A DNA stretch of 44,922 bases from Octopus bimaculoides (taxonomy: Eukaryota). Of this stretch, positions 24,395-37,499 are shown piece after piece. The translations under genes were made by a program, and so were the position numbers. The stretch's first letter is position 1, and each line of letters begins with the position of its first letter. The notes beneath the pieces are model-generated. The model had not been told where the DNA came from, made no database searches, and saw only the letters and a program-made list of their open reading frames with translations. The stretch lies in assembly GCF_001194135.2 (NCBI RefSeq), contig NC_068987.1:27255525-27300446 (forward strand), in the 5' to 3' direction.

Positions 24395-25559
24395 TATTAT
24401 GGTGCAAAATATAGTATTGCTATTATCTAAAGTATCAAGTATAACTCATCTCATCAATGATCGTTTTGCTCTAATCTCAGATGATTTTTCAGGAATGGAT
24501 TATCTGCTTCATAAATTTTGTCTGAATTTCTGAGATAGTAAATTATTATTAACATACATGGTTATATTCAAACTTTTGTCTTGATTATTATAGTCATAAT
24601 ACTTCATCTATAAAACCAGCCCGATTTTTCAAGCGCCTCTATACTTACCAGCTATCCTTAGGCTGTGGGTGTACAGTTCAAGCACATGTGAATTCCGGTA
24701 CTGCAGGTGGATCTATTTCCATGTATGTCAGCGTGGATATATATATATACACACACACACACAAGTATGTATGTATGTATGTGTGTATGTATGTTTGCGT
24801 TAAATTTTGGCTAATATTCTACATTTCGTTAACAAATAACGGAATCTTTGCTGATGGTTTAATATTAAAAGGTAAGTCAAATTGTGAAATTTGAGTTTAT
24901 TTAGATGTCAAGTTTCGTCTATCGGCTTTTTCAAAGAAAGCAAACAAGGACTTATTTTGTGTTCAACTATCCATTTGAAGATTTTTCAATTCCCACTGGA
25001 TTGTTTTCAAATTTTCTACATGAATGTACTTTTCCATTTTGATGACAGCTATTCCATTCGATTTTTTTCGAAAAATTAATAATAAACAAGATAGGATCAT
25101 CTAAACTTATATATTTTTTGCCAATGAAATAAGTCCAGTGTCCTCGCAAATGGCAGTTGAAACTGTGTGCTGCCATAGCAATGGAGTATCGTTGAAAATG
25201 AAGACAAGAAGGGAATCGTGGAAATTGAATTTCTCTTTTTTTTTTTTTCAAAACAGAATTTAATGCAAGTAAACAAAATGGGAGCTTTTCTTTAAGAGAA
25301 AAAATGTATTTAATGAAAGAAAAAAAAATGATGAGTAATGATTTTTTCAACATTGTTTTAATTTCCTTCCAGCCACTTGAAAAAATATATTTATATACGT
25401 TTAGAATAATAATTATATCATTGCCATTGTCACAGGCTTTAGAACGAAATCACATGAACTGTCAATGACAGGAAACAATGATGAAATAAAACAATATAGC
25501 AGAATGTTATGAATTTAAGGAAGTTGAGCTTGCACTCCAGTATCATTAAAAAAAAAATA

Positions 25560-26140
25560 ATATTTTTCATATCTGCGGCGCCATATAAACTCGTAGAGAT
25601 ACGAGTCCTCTGTAGAAGTATGAATGTCATAGCACCGTTTGTTCCCTTGCTTAAGACAGGTCCAAGTGATTTCTGCTTGTTGAATATGGATCTCGTGAGT
25701 TTACAAAATAACCGCTGTTGTTCATCGTTCTACGGCGAAATTGATACCCTGATATCTTGGTGATATGTGAGCCGGCGCGCTACAGGTCACTGTAAATAGT
25801 TCTTCCCGACAAAATTGATTGACAAATGCAATCTTCGACTGTGTTACGATCTCCAGAAGGCAAAACTAAAAGAAAAAAAGATTCTCGTGTTTTGCAACAC
25901 GCTCCACCGAATACCCACTGTTTGGGGAGCATTATTCGACCACGGTTGTATTTCTTTCTTGGAAAGACTGTGTCGTGTATGTAGACAATTTTACCGGGAC
26001 CACCAATCTTCATTGGATCGAGGAGCAAATCGTTTGCACAGCACTACTGTAAATAATTTTTACAATCTACTATTGCAGTCGCATCAATTCCTAGTTCATC
26101 CTTTCAAACCCTGGCTGTCAACTCTGATCCAACCGTAGAT
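25560..26140 (-). mobile_element. Merlin (IS1595/ISXO2-like) DNA transposase pseudogene
   Basis: Minus strand: ELGIDATAIVDCKNYL*..LLLDPMKIGGPGKIVYIHDT.F.RKKYNRGR..KQWVFGG....TIYSDL*RA..GYQ...TMNNS.YFV / HIQQAEITW..LK....DSYLYEFIWRRRY, matching the IGG.G.IVEIDES, KYNRGR, WVFG, SD.W.AY, NH..FV, IE..W and YL.EF.WR motifs of this family. Confidence 0.9.
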
Positions 26141-26384
26141 AAATAAACACAGACTCTCGACATCCTTTTCTACTTTATCTCCAGTATATGCAGTCATGCA
26201 ATGAACCAAATAATTACTGAAGCGGATTTGCCATAACAACACACAGTTGCGACTTCTACTGTGAAGACAGTAGCTTAAAATTCATTGGCTAAAAGTACGT
26301 AACTTTAAATGCTTCTGACTTCTTTAAATGTGTTTATCCTCATAATTGCCTTCATAACTTGTTTATTATAAATTTTGTAAAGAA

Positions 26385-26416
26385 GGCGTTCGCGGACTCC
26401 ATGTTGGGAACCACTG
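26385..26416 (-). mobile_element. Solo hAT terminal sequence
   Basis: Reverse complement cagtggttcccaacatggagtccgcgaac closely resembles the left end of the MITE at 23727. Confidence 0.7.
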
Positions 26417-27060
26417 AATAAGTATGAATAATTTATTGCGATTGTTAGGAATGAAAATGTGCATTGTTACCATGTGCATTATATCTTCCGAACTTCATAT
26501 CCCTACTAATTTAAAAGTTGCAGGCTTTCAGTGTTTGCACGACAGAACACTGCAAACGTTTCTTAATTAGTCACCGGCTGCAGAAGCTCTGTCTGAGACG
26601 TCTGGATAACCAATAAAATCCAGTTTTTAGACTTGGAAAATTGGGACCCCCGCACAATTAATTCATATAACTTCTTCAATGGTTCATTTTCCTCTATTGG
26701 TGCGCTGCTTATTTCGCCGAGAGTAATTTTACAATTAGTTCATAAAAGTTAACTTTGAGCTAGAAGCGTCTTCGCAATTAATTCAAAACAGGGAACGGAA
26801 GGAAAGTATTATCCAACATCAATTCTAAGGATATTGAGAGAGCTTAATGTCATGATGAATATCCAATCATTGATAGTTGTCCAAACAATCAAGTGGCACA
26901 CCGAGAACATAGTTTTACTTGAACACTAATAAATCAAAGATGGTGATAGAAGTCAAGATTCACCCGCAAACTTTTATCTCAGACCTTATCGACTTTATCC
27001 GATCCGGTGTCCATCTTAACGTGCATTTGTGTATATATATATACATAGACACACTGGTAA

Positions 27061-27262
27061 GCGCACATACACACACACGCAAACATATACACTCACACAC
27101 ACACGTTTACATATTTAACATTTGCAGTTGCGCACACACACAAACATACACATGCGTTTACATATTTAACATTAGCAGTTGAGTGCGCACACACAAACGC
27201 ATGCACACACACGCGCGCATAGACACATACACACGCAAATATATATTTAACACAAGCAGTTG
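27061..27262. repeat. CA-rich minisatellite, 3 units of 50-80 bp with a conserved atatttaaca...gcagttg core
   Basis: Units end at 27130, 27181 and 27262. Confidence 0.85.
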
Positions 27263-30200
27263 ATCATCCACTTGTATGTTGTATGCAACTGTCTTCAAGT
27301 GGGCAAAGCAGGAACCTTGCAGCGGTGTCCCCATAATAAATGTTTACACTGTGTTAGCTGTTTATTATACACAGGTAACTTTAGAAATCCGGATGAACAA
27401 CAGACGAAACGTTGCCAACCAAGTTGCGTGTACATGTCCAACTATATTAGTATTATTTCTTGTTATATGTACGTGCAATATCATATGAGCAATTTTACGT
27501 AATTACAAACATCCTGTAAAATATTTAAGTCTAGATTTTACACAATAACTTTGAAGAATACTACTTCTAATATCCGTATGGTATTGGAATGAATATTCTT
27601 CAATGAAGCATGCGCATATTCGGAGGAAATATATTGCCTCTATCATACATTCATAGGTTCTTGGATACTAATATGTAAAACATTCTTACATTTGTCTTCC
27701 GCTCATATTTCTGCAACAGCAGCCATTCACTGATGTATATTTGGATTTTATCATTGATTCAGTGACTGGTAATTGTCAGAGTCATGATCATACAAAATAA
27801 TCTGAAACATTCCTTTAGTATAGTTACATGCATTTCGAGTTCGGTTAGAAAATGAAAACATTGTTTGATTGTAATAGTCTACATTTAAACGCCTCAGAGA
27901 GAAAATTACATATTGTATTTATGTTTTTCATATAAAGCCATTAAGAAAACAATTTTTTCTTATGAACTATTCTGTTGCTTCGAATGTAGTAGTGAATTTA
28001 ATTTGATTTATAAAATACGTATATGGTAATGAACGGAAATGCTGTTATATCCTATAGTATAAATTTACTGTATAGTATGTTGAACTTCATTAGAAATCTA
28101 TATTAATTTGCTAGAAATACGCCTCGAGATTGGAACAACTTTCTTCAAGCAATATTTTATAGATATTTCTTCCTTAATATTATTAAACCTTTATCTCACT
28201 GATAATTAATGTATGATGAAGTATATGATAGAGAAATGTATTTTTTAAAGCGCAGAACCCAAGTAACAAGGAAATTAACCAATTCACCATCTTTGATTCA
28301 GGTCTAATCAAAGTTTGTTGAGTTAAGCTCCACAGAGAACTCCATTAATAATCGGCTATATTGCTGTACGAACGCACTGTAGATAATAACAGTAATCGAC
28401 AAAGTAATGAAGCCTGTCTGGTAGGAAGAGAAGTGATAGAAATTTCCTTTTAACACGCTATAATAACATCAAAGTAAAAATTCGATGATTAAGAACGTTG
28501 CTTCCATCTGGTAGGCTAAGGTTATCGTTAGGCTGGTCTTTTGCCATAAGTACGTAGATATATAAAGGTATTGGCTAGAGACTACTGAACGCATTAATAC
28601 AAATGAGGTGTGCACTGGACTGAAGACAAAGAAAACGACAGGAAGTAGTAACTGACCTTCTTAACAGATATCCTTTCATTAAAAGCGAATACAAATACGA
28701 TAAGTTTTTGAAATACGTAAATTGTAAACAGCATCAGAAAGATACTTAAATAGTGTAATCTTTCAATTTTATATTTTAAGAGAGAATGACCTACGTCAGC
28801 TATCAAGTTAATCTTTCGTTCACAAAACAACAGATAATTAATACTTATCTGCAGTTCTTTTGTTTAACTAAGGCCAATGGACGAAAAGGTGAAGATCATT
28901 ATTGCCAACGTGGGGAACGGTTCCAGTAAAATAATGTTCTAATGTAATTTACTTAATATAATCTTTAATATGCGAGCGCTGTGCAATAGATTGCTTACAT
29001 GTGACTTTAGTCGTGCACAGTAGTTCATCGATATTTTCAATTTTGGCGAAAATTGAAACACGTATACATGCGTACAGACATAAAAAACATTCAGTCACGG
29101 ATACATATATAGCCATACATACTATATGAAGAAGAGACGCGACATGCACACATTGCTAATAATTATAAGAACGTATAAGAAATTTTGTAATTAACGGAGT
29201 GATACACGTATTAAATACCTTACTCTATTTACGTATCTCCCCTGTAAGTATTGATTTCAAATATTGACGAAATTCATTCTGTTTCAGTCGTCGAAGTTCG
29301 ATACGTTAAATGTTAGTATTGTACATAGATGAATTCAACTAAAAATATCCCCTAGGTTCATAGAAATTGATCTTCAGCTTTGCAAGTTCGGAATACGAGG
29401 ACAAAATATTAGTCATTAGTAGTATATTTATTGACTGAGGTAAAGTATGGCTGTTCGATTTCCAACTGACATTCATATTCATATTCTCTGGTTATTAAAT
29501 CGGAGATACATAGCAAAGTGCAATGAGGTGGATTCTCTGATAGAACCACGAAATGTATATAAAGATATTAACATATTCAGGATACAAATTAGTAATTACA
29601 TTAAAGTTAAAACTTTGCATAAAGATTATTAAGAAACCCCCCATCTCAGGAAAACTATCGAATATTCATGAAAGATTTCGGTTATTCGATGAAGTAATAA
29701 CAGCGTCTCATGTTATAGAAAATATAGGCAGTATAGATAATGTATACGGATCCTGAAATATGTGATAGAGTAGCATTGGTGTAACTAGTGATGCAAGCAG
29801 TAGTTGCTAATTTAATTAAACATCATATTAACCACGGGAGAGTACAACAACAACGAAGGCCTTGCAGAATATATTATTGCTTCTTCGAATGAAGAACGGT
29901 ATCAGAGACATTGAAACTCGAATGGAATGGATGATGAATATAAGTAGATTGGGCATTAATTAAATATTCTTAGTAATTAGATAGAGAATATGAAAGAAAT
30001 TAAAAGATTAATTGCATTGTGTTTAACGCAATTTTTAAAATTTAATTCGAATTCTGCTTTGATTGTTAAACAGCCAAATTCTCCTGCCGCATAGTCAAGA
30101 GCACTTTCATTTTCTCAAAACCTGTGACAATTTTTTCACTTATCCTTACACTTCTGTGTCCAAGAACGTTCTGCCCGTCCTTGATTTATTTTCCCATTAA

Positions 30201-31363
30201 TCTTCATAAGCATCTTTTTCTCTGTCTCTCTGACTTTCTTGAAAATAGTGTCTTTATATCCTCCAATGTTAATAGTGTCATTAATGAGTTTAATTATATT
30301 ATCCTAGGAAAAAAGATTCTCCCCGTGGTTAGGTTATTAAGGTTGTATTCTGAACACTATGCCTTTACAACGTAACTGTCACCGAACTCCATAATTCTTA
30401 TTACAAGCGCATCTTGTTTTACACCATTCTCCTGATAATAAAAATAACCAGTTTTCATAAAGTGAAATGCGTCAAAAATTCTAAGCGTGTTTTTATTCAT
30501 TCGGTTTTTATTTCAAGGATACAATGTCTGTATGGATATTTTCAACAACGCAAAGTGAACACAAATTTAGCTATATTATACAGCACATTCAAAGAGAATA
30601 TTATTAAAAATATTCAGATCCTATGAAAAATACCACATCTCTACCACAATCACAAATATGTGTTAGATAAAATAAAATGACATCTTTTGTTTGTAGCGAA
30701 GAATTGTAAAATTCTAGCATTGTCTTGTTTGCTTTTCTCACTAAGAATAGCTACTGTTAGACTCTAACTACCTCAAAAGAAAGACCTTGTTTTCACATCC
30801 GATTAAATATGAACAATAAATATTGATATATAGTACAGTGATGTATAGTGGGTGAGTTATTCAATAAAGTTAAAGGTGATCAGGAGACAAGTATAATGTC
30901 AAGATAGTGACGTATACTGAACCTGAAACAACCCAGGTCATCATGTTTATATAGGAATAACAAACAGAATCACTTGTCCAAGTAAAAACAATCCTTTGTC
31001 TGAGTAAAAATGAAAGGATACTAAATATCCACAAAGAAACAAAGCAATTGAAATCAACCTAACTAACGTGCTTCCATAAATTCTACTTCAAATTAAAGTG
31101 TTATTCACTCTTTCGAACAACGCCACACATATACATTTACTATTATGTAGTTTCCTCTATAGATATCAGGCTGAAATAAAATAATGACATTCATATAGAA
31201 ACACACCTTAAAATAACAATACTTTATTCAACATTTATTAAACATTCACATAAGCGTGTGTATCTTGCTCTACCCTATCAGTCTCTTTACGCACATACAC
31301 ATACGGACACACATAGAAACTGATATATGTTTGCTTATTCAAAAATTATTTATAAATGCGTAC

Positions 31364-31411
<48 letters not shown>

Positions 31412-32154
31412 ATATCAATATTACACATATGAGAGCACAAACACGTATGCTGATATACATATATACGGTGAGTGTGTCTATGTGTGCGTGTGGAAAAGTC
31501 ACGTCATCTCATTATACCTCCTTCGTCATCGTCATGCATAACCCACGTCTGATATGTGTCGTACATTATCTAATGACTGTGCTACCTTTCTGAAATATTT
31601 GTAATTATTTAAATGAAACTTCTCCTGGAGAAACAAGTATTCAATTTTCGCCAGTTTGTCAGCTACTTGCAATGCGTTTTGAGAACAAAACTAAAGTAGT
31701 GGTGCATCACCTTGTTGGCAGATCACTCTATCACAAACCATCATCGCCCAAAAATAGAAATTCAGCATCATGAGTTGCAGGTCTCTTGAACAAAATAAAC
31801 AGCAATACAATTGATTTCAAAGAAGATAAAGATGAAATACTGAACATTTGTAAAATATTTATGTTCACATTTTTTCCTAGTATACCGTCACAACAATATT
31901 TTCCTATAAATAGAATCATACATTTGCCCTACTAATCCACTTGAGAATATCTTTCAATAATTGATGAAGCAAACCAAGCTGGGCGTTCTTTCCACAACAT
32001 ATGCTAGTAAAATAGAGGTTCAAAGAAATACGATCACGTATGTATGCATGTATGTATGTGTATGTATATGTGTGTATATGTATATGTGTGTATGCGATCA
32101 CTTTGACATATGACGTGTGACACATCATGTACCAGTTCAGACAATGCTGAGTTG

Positions 32155-32204
<50 letters not shown>

Positions 32205-32261
32205 NNNNNNNNNNNNNNNNNNNNNNNNNNNNNNNNNNNNNNNNNNNNNNNTGCTGAGTTG

Positions 32262-32308
<47 letters not shown>

Positions 32309-33163
32309 ACTAATGTGCTTCACAAATATGTGATCACTATAAGCAACTCATTTGTGCAAGTTTTTCAGAGAGAAAACGCACAACACTCGTCTACAGCATT
32401 ATAGTCTACAACCGATGAAGATATTCTAAAACTATCCGACAACCAATCATGAATGTTTTCGTCGACCCAAGGCTATTGTTTTGGAGATGTTTCCTAATGG
32501 ATCGCCTAGTTCCTCGTGTTTATGAAGAGAAAGGCCAACCACAAACCAGACGATACATCTTGACAGACTAGAAAAACGACACACATAGAGCTAATGAATT
32601 TTTTGCCTTTGAAATTTAAATGACATATTTCGCACATTTAGCACGAAACAGTGTATTACAATCGAATAGCACAGCCATAATATCAGAATATTAAATTTCA
32701 GTAATATTATGGCCCAGACCTACTGAACGTTATCTCCAAACTCACCATCAAACGCTATAATCGAATAACTTTCTATTAGAATTTACTTAATCGATAATGG
32801 CCTTAATTATGGTCGCACATGTTGAATATTTGTTGTGTGCAACGTTTTTTCGTCTTCTAAGATATTGTTAAGGTAATGTTGGCTATTTAAATAATATACA
32901 TGTATAATGTTTCCTCCGTTTCTTGGGAAGTATATGATTTAACTTGTCTACTATATTTTGAGCTTCTCTTGAATGTGATATTCACTACATACACGCATAA
33001 AGAAGCAGACGAACACATGAACACACATAAACATACACACATGCAACTATATATAATTCGATTTGGTAGCTTAGAAAAGGCTGAACAACGAAGAAATATA
33101 TATCTGTATGTTGTATGTATATTTGTGTATATGTACGCATGCATATGTATATGTATATATGCG

Positions 33164-33260
33164 TCTACCTACCTACCTACCTACCTACCTACCTACCTAC
33201 CTATCTATCTACCTACCGACCTGCCTGCCTGCCTGCTTGCCTGCCTGCCTGCCTGCCTGC

Positions 33261-33332
<72 letters not shown>

Positions 33333-33400
33333 TTATCTATCTATCTCTCTCTCTCTATATATATATATCCATCTATCTATCTATCTATCCATCTATCTAT
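33164..33400. repeat. Compound tetranucleotide array (CCTA)n-(CCTG)n-(TCTG)n-(TCTA)n
   Basis: Read directly; explains the low-complexity ORFs at 32900-33447. Confidence 0.95.
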
Positions 33401-33701
33401 CCATTAATATCAATACAATAGTACGTTCTTACGTAATTTTTGCGTAGCTTGCTGTTGGAGAATGATTGTGAGGGAACAGAAATATGAGTGTAACGTTAAA
33501 AAAAGGAGATAATTCAGATTATTCTATAAGAATTGAGAGTCTGAAACTCTTTCGCTCTCTCCTTCTCAGTGTATTTTCTGTATTTTTGAACAGTATCTTA
33601 GTATATAAAATAACAGGCGCATACTAAGTGCTTTGATATAATTGCATTCATGTGTGTGTGCACTCACACATGCTGCTTTGGTAATATTGACTTGACGATG
33701 A

Positions 33702-33742
<41 letters not shown>

Positions 33743-33752
33743 NNNNNNNNNN

Positions 33753-33802
<50 letters not shown>

Positions 33803-34529
33803 AAAGAAGAGAGAGAGAATTTTAAGAAGTGAAAATTAAAGTAAATATGCGAAGTAGTGTTTGAAAGAGATACAGAAATTCAAGCGCCAAAAGGCTCAGG
33901 GAGAAGGGCGAATATGAAGATGTTATGAGTTTATGACCTTACTGCATTTTATAGATATCTTGCATTCTTATTCTCTCTTCCTCTCACTCGCTGCATTCGA
34001 AGTGTTTTTGAATTATAAGAACGGTAAAACGCAATAACTTTCTGTGTAACATTAAACAAGGAAATAATTCATATGTGTGCTTATATTTATGAATGTCAGA
34101 ATGTGTATGTGTATATAATCTAAATATTTATATTTGAATACTAAGAGGGAGACAGAGTGCAAGTAAAGAGGCAGTGGTGGAAAGCATATTTGTATCGTAA
34201 TATAATTATAATGATTATAATGATACATATAATTGAAATCAGTATGATATTATATATGTCTATTCTTATATGTATATAGCAATTATTAAATTATCGACAT
34301 ACTGGAGAACCGCCTTCAGATGCATTGCCGAGTGCATCGACCCGAGTTGTTATTCTGAACTTTGGTACCTATTAATTAATTAAGCAACTGACGAAATGAT
34401 ATGTTACAGTAAATCGAGAGCTTCAATTGTCTTAAGTGGCACAAACGTAAGCGCATACGTATATATATTTTTAAAAAATGAACTTTCATAAGCTTTTGTC
34501 TCATATAAATTAAAGAAATGCGCCCTTTA

Positions 34530-34725
34530 AAGCCTAGCCAGGCTGATGGGCCCGGTTTCCTGGTTTCAATGGCGTATGTGTTCTCCAGCTTGACGGGACG
34601 CCAGTCCATCGCAGCGTGACTCATGTTTGCCAGCTGAGTGGTATGAGCTGAAATCTCGTGCCCAAGGTGTTACGCAATGTGAACAAAAAATCACATGGTT
34701 ACTGAACGAAATTTTGAACCATGCA
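34530..34725 (-). mobile_element. tRNA-derived SINE with V-domain and CORE-like segment
   Basis: 34585-34615 on the minus strand reads ctgcgatggactggcgtcccgtcaagctgg (V-SINE core motif from recall); cttgggcacgaga is a CORE-like segment; the head is degenerate. Confidence 0.7.
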
Positions 34726-34770
34726 ACCGTATCTGCATCATATGACCGATTATTTTTTTATTGTTTTAGA

Positions 34771-34841
34771 ATCTCCAGTTCAGTGGAATAGCTTCTGCAC
34801 TTTGATCTCTCTGACTGTGGGTTCAAGCATAGCCATGAGAA
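34771..34841 (+). pseudogene. Decayed tRNA-like sequence, tRNA-Gln(TTG)-like pseudogene or SINE head
   Basis: A-box-like agttcagtggaatagc; tagcttctgcactttga resembles tRNA-Gln TAGCACTCTGGACTTTGA with anticodon TTG at 34802-34804; B-box-like gggttcaagc; tctc/gaga acceptor remnant; T-run downstream. The stems are mostly broken. Confidence 0.4.
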
Positions 34842-36129
34842 CTTTTTCTTTTGTATGAAAATATAAGTATAAAACAGCATTCTAAATTTTGTTAATGCCA
34901 TACCAATTTAATTTCACTTTAGCCGAACGATATTGTAGGTAGACTATATATTCGATCTCATTCTATAGTTAAGATTTACATCTTGATGCAATGTGAAAAA
35001 TAAGGAGTGCATAACCAGGACTATATTTTTCAAGGAGACTGCTCGTTAAATACTTTTTATGTGGACCATCACAAGGATTTAAAGAATCAAATTCGAAAAG
35101 AATATATTTCATGGTTATGTATAAAATTCAATCCTTTAATAGTTTTCCAAATGACGATAGACTATTAATGTGTGTGCATGTATATATGTATATAAGCATA
35201 TATAAATATATATATATATGTGCGAGTGTATGTGTGTCCGTGCATTTATATATGTGTATGAATATATAGTTCTCACCAAAACTGAACGTGTAAAAAAAAT
35301 ATTTATAAATGTATAAGAATAGTTTATTAGGAAATTTGCTTTTCAAGATGAACCAAACCAAATAAGCACTGAATATATTTAACGATGTTTTTTATTACTA
35401 TTACTAAAATATTGAAAGAATTATCATTTAATCAACCCATAACACACTCTCACACACACTCACTGTCACATATACACACACTCATACACACATAAGTTGT
35501 CTTTCTATATATACACACACACTCGCATACACAAACGCGTTCCCAAACAATTTGGTGAATTCTATAGCTAAACAGCCTAAGAGCTAACCAAGAAAACCTG
35601 TCAGCCATTTAGTGACAAAAACAACAGTTTATTTCAATTGATTAAATGTTTGACCTTTCCTGACCTGTCATGAAACGGACCATCCCAGAAATTATCTCTT
35701 TATATTATTATTATTTTTTTTTGCTGTTTTATATTTTTATATTCATTCTTCCTTCTTAAACCAAACCTCCAAATATATCACCTATCAGTTTTGTTGAAGA
35801 ATTCACACACACCCACAATACACACACACACCCACATGCAGAGGAAAACACACACAGACGCACACACAAAGATTCGAAATGACAACGAACATCTCAATAA
35901 CCTCTACCATAACATCCCTTGCCCCAGACTCCAAAAAACATCATGAACACGAGTTTTTTCAACTAAATCCTATAAAAAGAATAAACTTTACTTCGTCCAA
36001 CATTCACGATGGATCCCTGAAGAGTGGATGGTAATACTCAATATATAATGTTTATCAAAATCTTCACTACAAACTATCATTAATATCTATCTATCTCGTT
36101 ATCTATTTCTCTCTCTATTTCTCTCTCTG

Positions 36130-36176
<47 letters not shown>

Positions 36177-36933
36177 ATNNNNNNNNNNNNNNNNNNNNNN
36201 NNNNNNNNNNNNNNNNNNNNNNNNNNNNNNNNNNNNNNNNNNNNNNNNNNNNNNNNNNNNNNNNNNNNNNNNNNNNNNNNNNNNNNNNNNNNNNNNNNNN
36301 NNNNNNNNNNNNNNNNNNNNNNNNNNNNNNNNNNNNNNNNNNNNNNNNNNNNNNNNNNNNNNNNNNNNNNNNNNNNNNNNNNNNNNNNNNNNNNNNNNNN
36401 NNNNNNNNNNNNNNNNNNNNNNNNNNNNNNNNNNNNNNNNNNNNNNNNNNNNNNNNNNNNNNNNNNNNNNNNNNNNNNNNNNNNNNNNNNNNNNNNNNNN
36501 NNNNNNNNNNNNNNNNNNNNNNNNNNNNNNNNNNNNNNNNNNNNNNNNNNNNNNNNNNNNNNNNNNNNNNNNNNNNNNNNNNNNNNNNNNNNNNNNNNNN
36601 NNNNNNNNNNNNNNNNNNNNNNNNNNNNNNNNNNNNNNNNNNNNNNNNNNNNNNNNNNNNNNNNNNNNNNNNNNNNNNNNNNNNNNNNNNNNNNNNNNNN
36701 NNNNNNNNNNNNNNNNNNNNNNNNNNNNNNNNNNNNNNNNNNNNNNNNNNNNNNNNNNNNNNNNNNNNNNNNNNNNNNNNNNNNNATATATATATTCATA
36801 TGCATATACATATATATACATATATGTTCGCATAAATATTTATATATATACACAAACAAACTCTCTCTCTCCCCACAGATAGACACACACACATAAATGC
36901 ACGTATAAATATACATTCTATCTTCTTCTGTCT

Positions 36934-37170
36934 TCTTGTTTCAGTCATTAGACTGCAGCCCTAAGAAAGTTTAAGTCGAATGTATCAGTCCCGCTAACTA
37001 TTATTTTTTTTTAAAGCCAGGTACTTTTCCAATCGTTCTCTTTTGCCGTTCCACTATTTCCGGGGTCGTAAATAAAACAGCACCAGTTGTCAAGAGTTGT
37101 GTGAGGAGGGATAATACAATCAGAAAGTGGTACGTACACATACACTCACACATACATGCACAAGCACATA

Positions 37171-37211
<41 letters not shown>

Positions 37212-37400
37212 GTATATTATACATACATATATACGACGGGTTTCTTTCATTTTCCTCTACTAAATCTACCCAAGGCTTTTGTCGGCTAGTGTCAAGTTGG
37301 GCAAGTGTCTTCTATAGTAGAAAACACTTGCCCAAGAAACCACGTAGAAGGAGTGAACCTGAAGCCATGTGGTTGGGAAGTAAGCTTTTACCACAAGCTT
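36934..37400 (-). mobile_element. Composite octopus SINE: tRNA head, CORE-like domain, internal (CA)n microsatellite, 3' domain
   Basis: Head near 37400 (cttcccaaccacatggcttcaggttcactcc on the minus strand), cttgggcaagtgt CORE-like segment, tagagg..aaagaaacccgtcgtata, TG tract, then cttgacaactgg..ggcaaaagagaacgattgg..gactgaaacaag. Confidence 0.8.
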
Positions 37401-37499
37401 TTCCTTTTTAACTAGATTCTGCAGGAGAGCTGCGGCCACGCTGAATATCAAAGTTACCTTCGCTACGTTTTTACCACTTGAAACCTCCACTGATATGTG

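Noticed and set aside
24967-25353. 128-aa minus-strand ORF
   Set aside because: It crosses poly-A/T runs and has no domain or codon pattern supporting coding.
27389-27420. cggatga..gaaacgtt hammerhead-like spacing
   Set aside because: The core is mutated and neither stem I nor stem II can pair.
32147-32303. Direct repeat tgctgagttgacgg(ag)n on both sides of a 47-N gap
   Set aside because: Most likely the same sequence assembled twice across a negative-size gap.
36017-36050. ctgaaga-gtgga.. half of a hammerhead core
   Set aside because: No downstream complementary stem II strand or GAAA in this copy; cannot be supported from the sequence alone.
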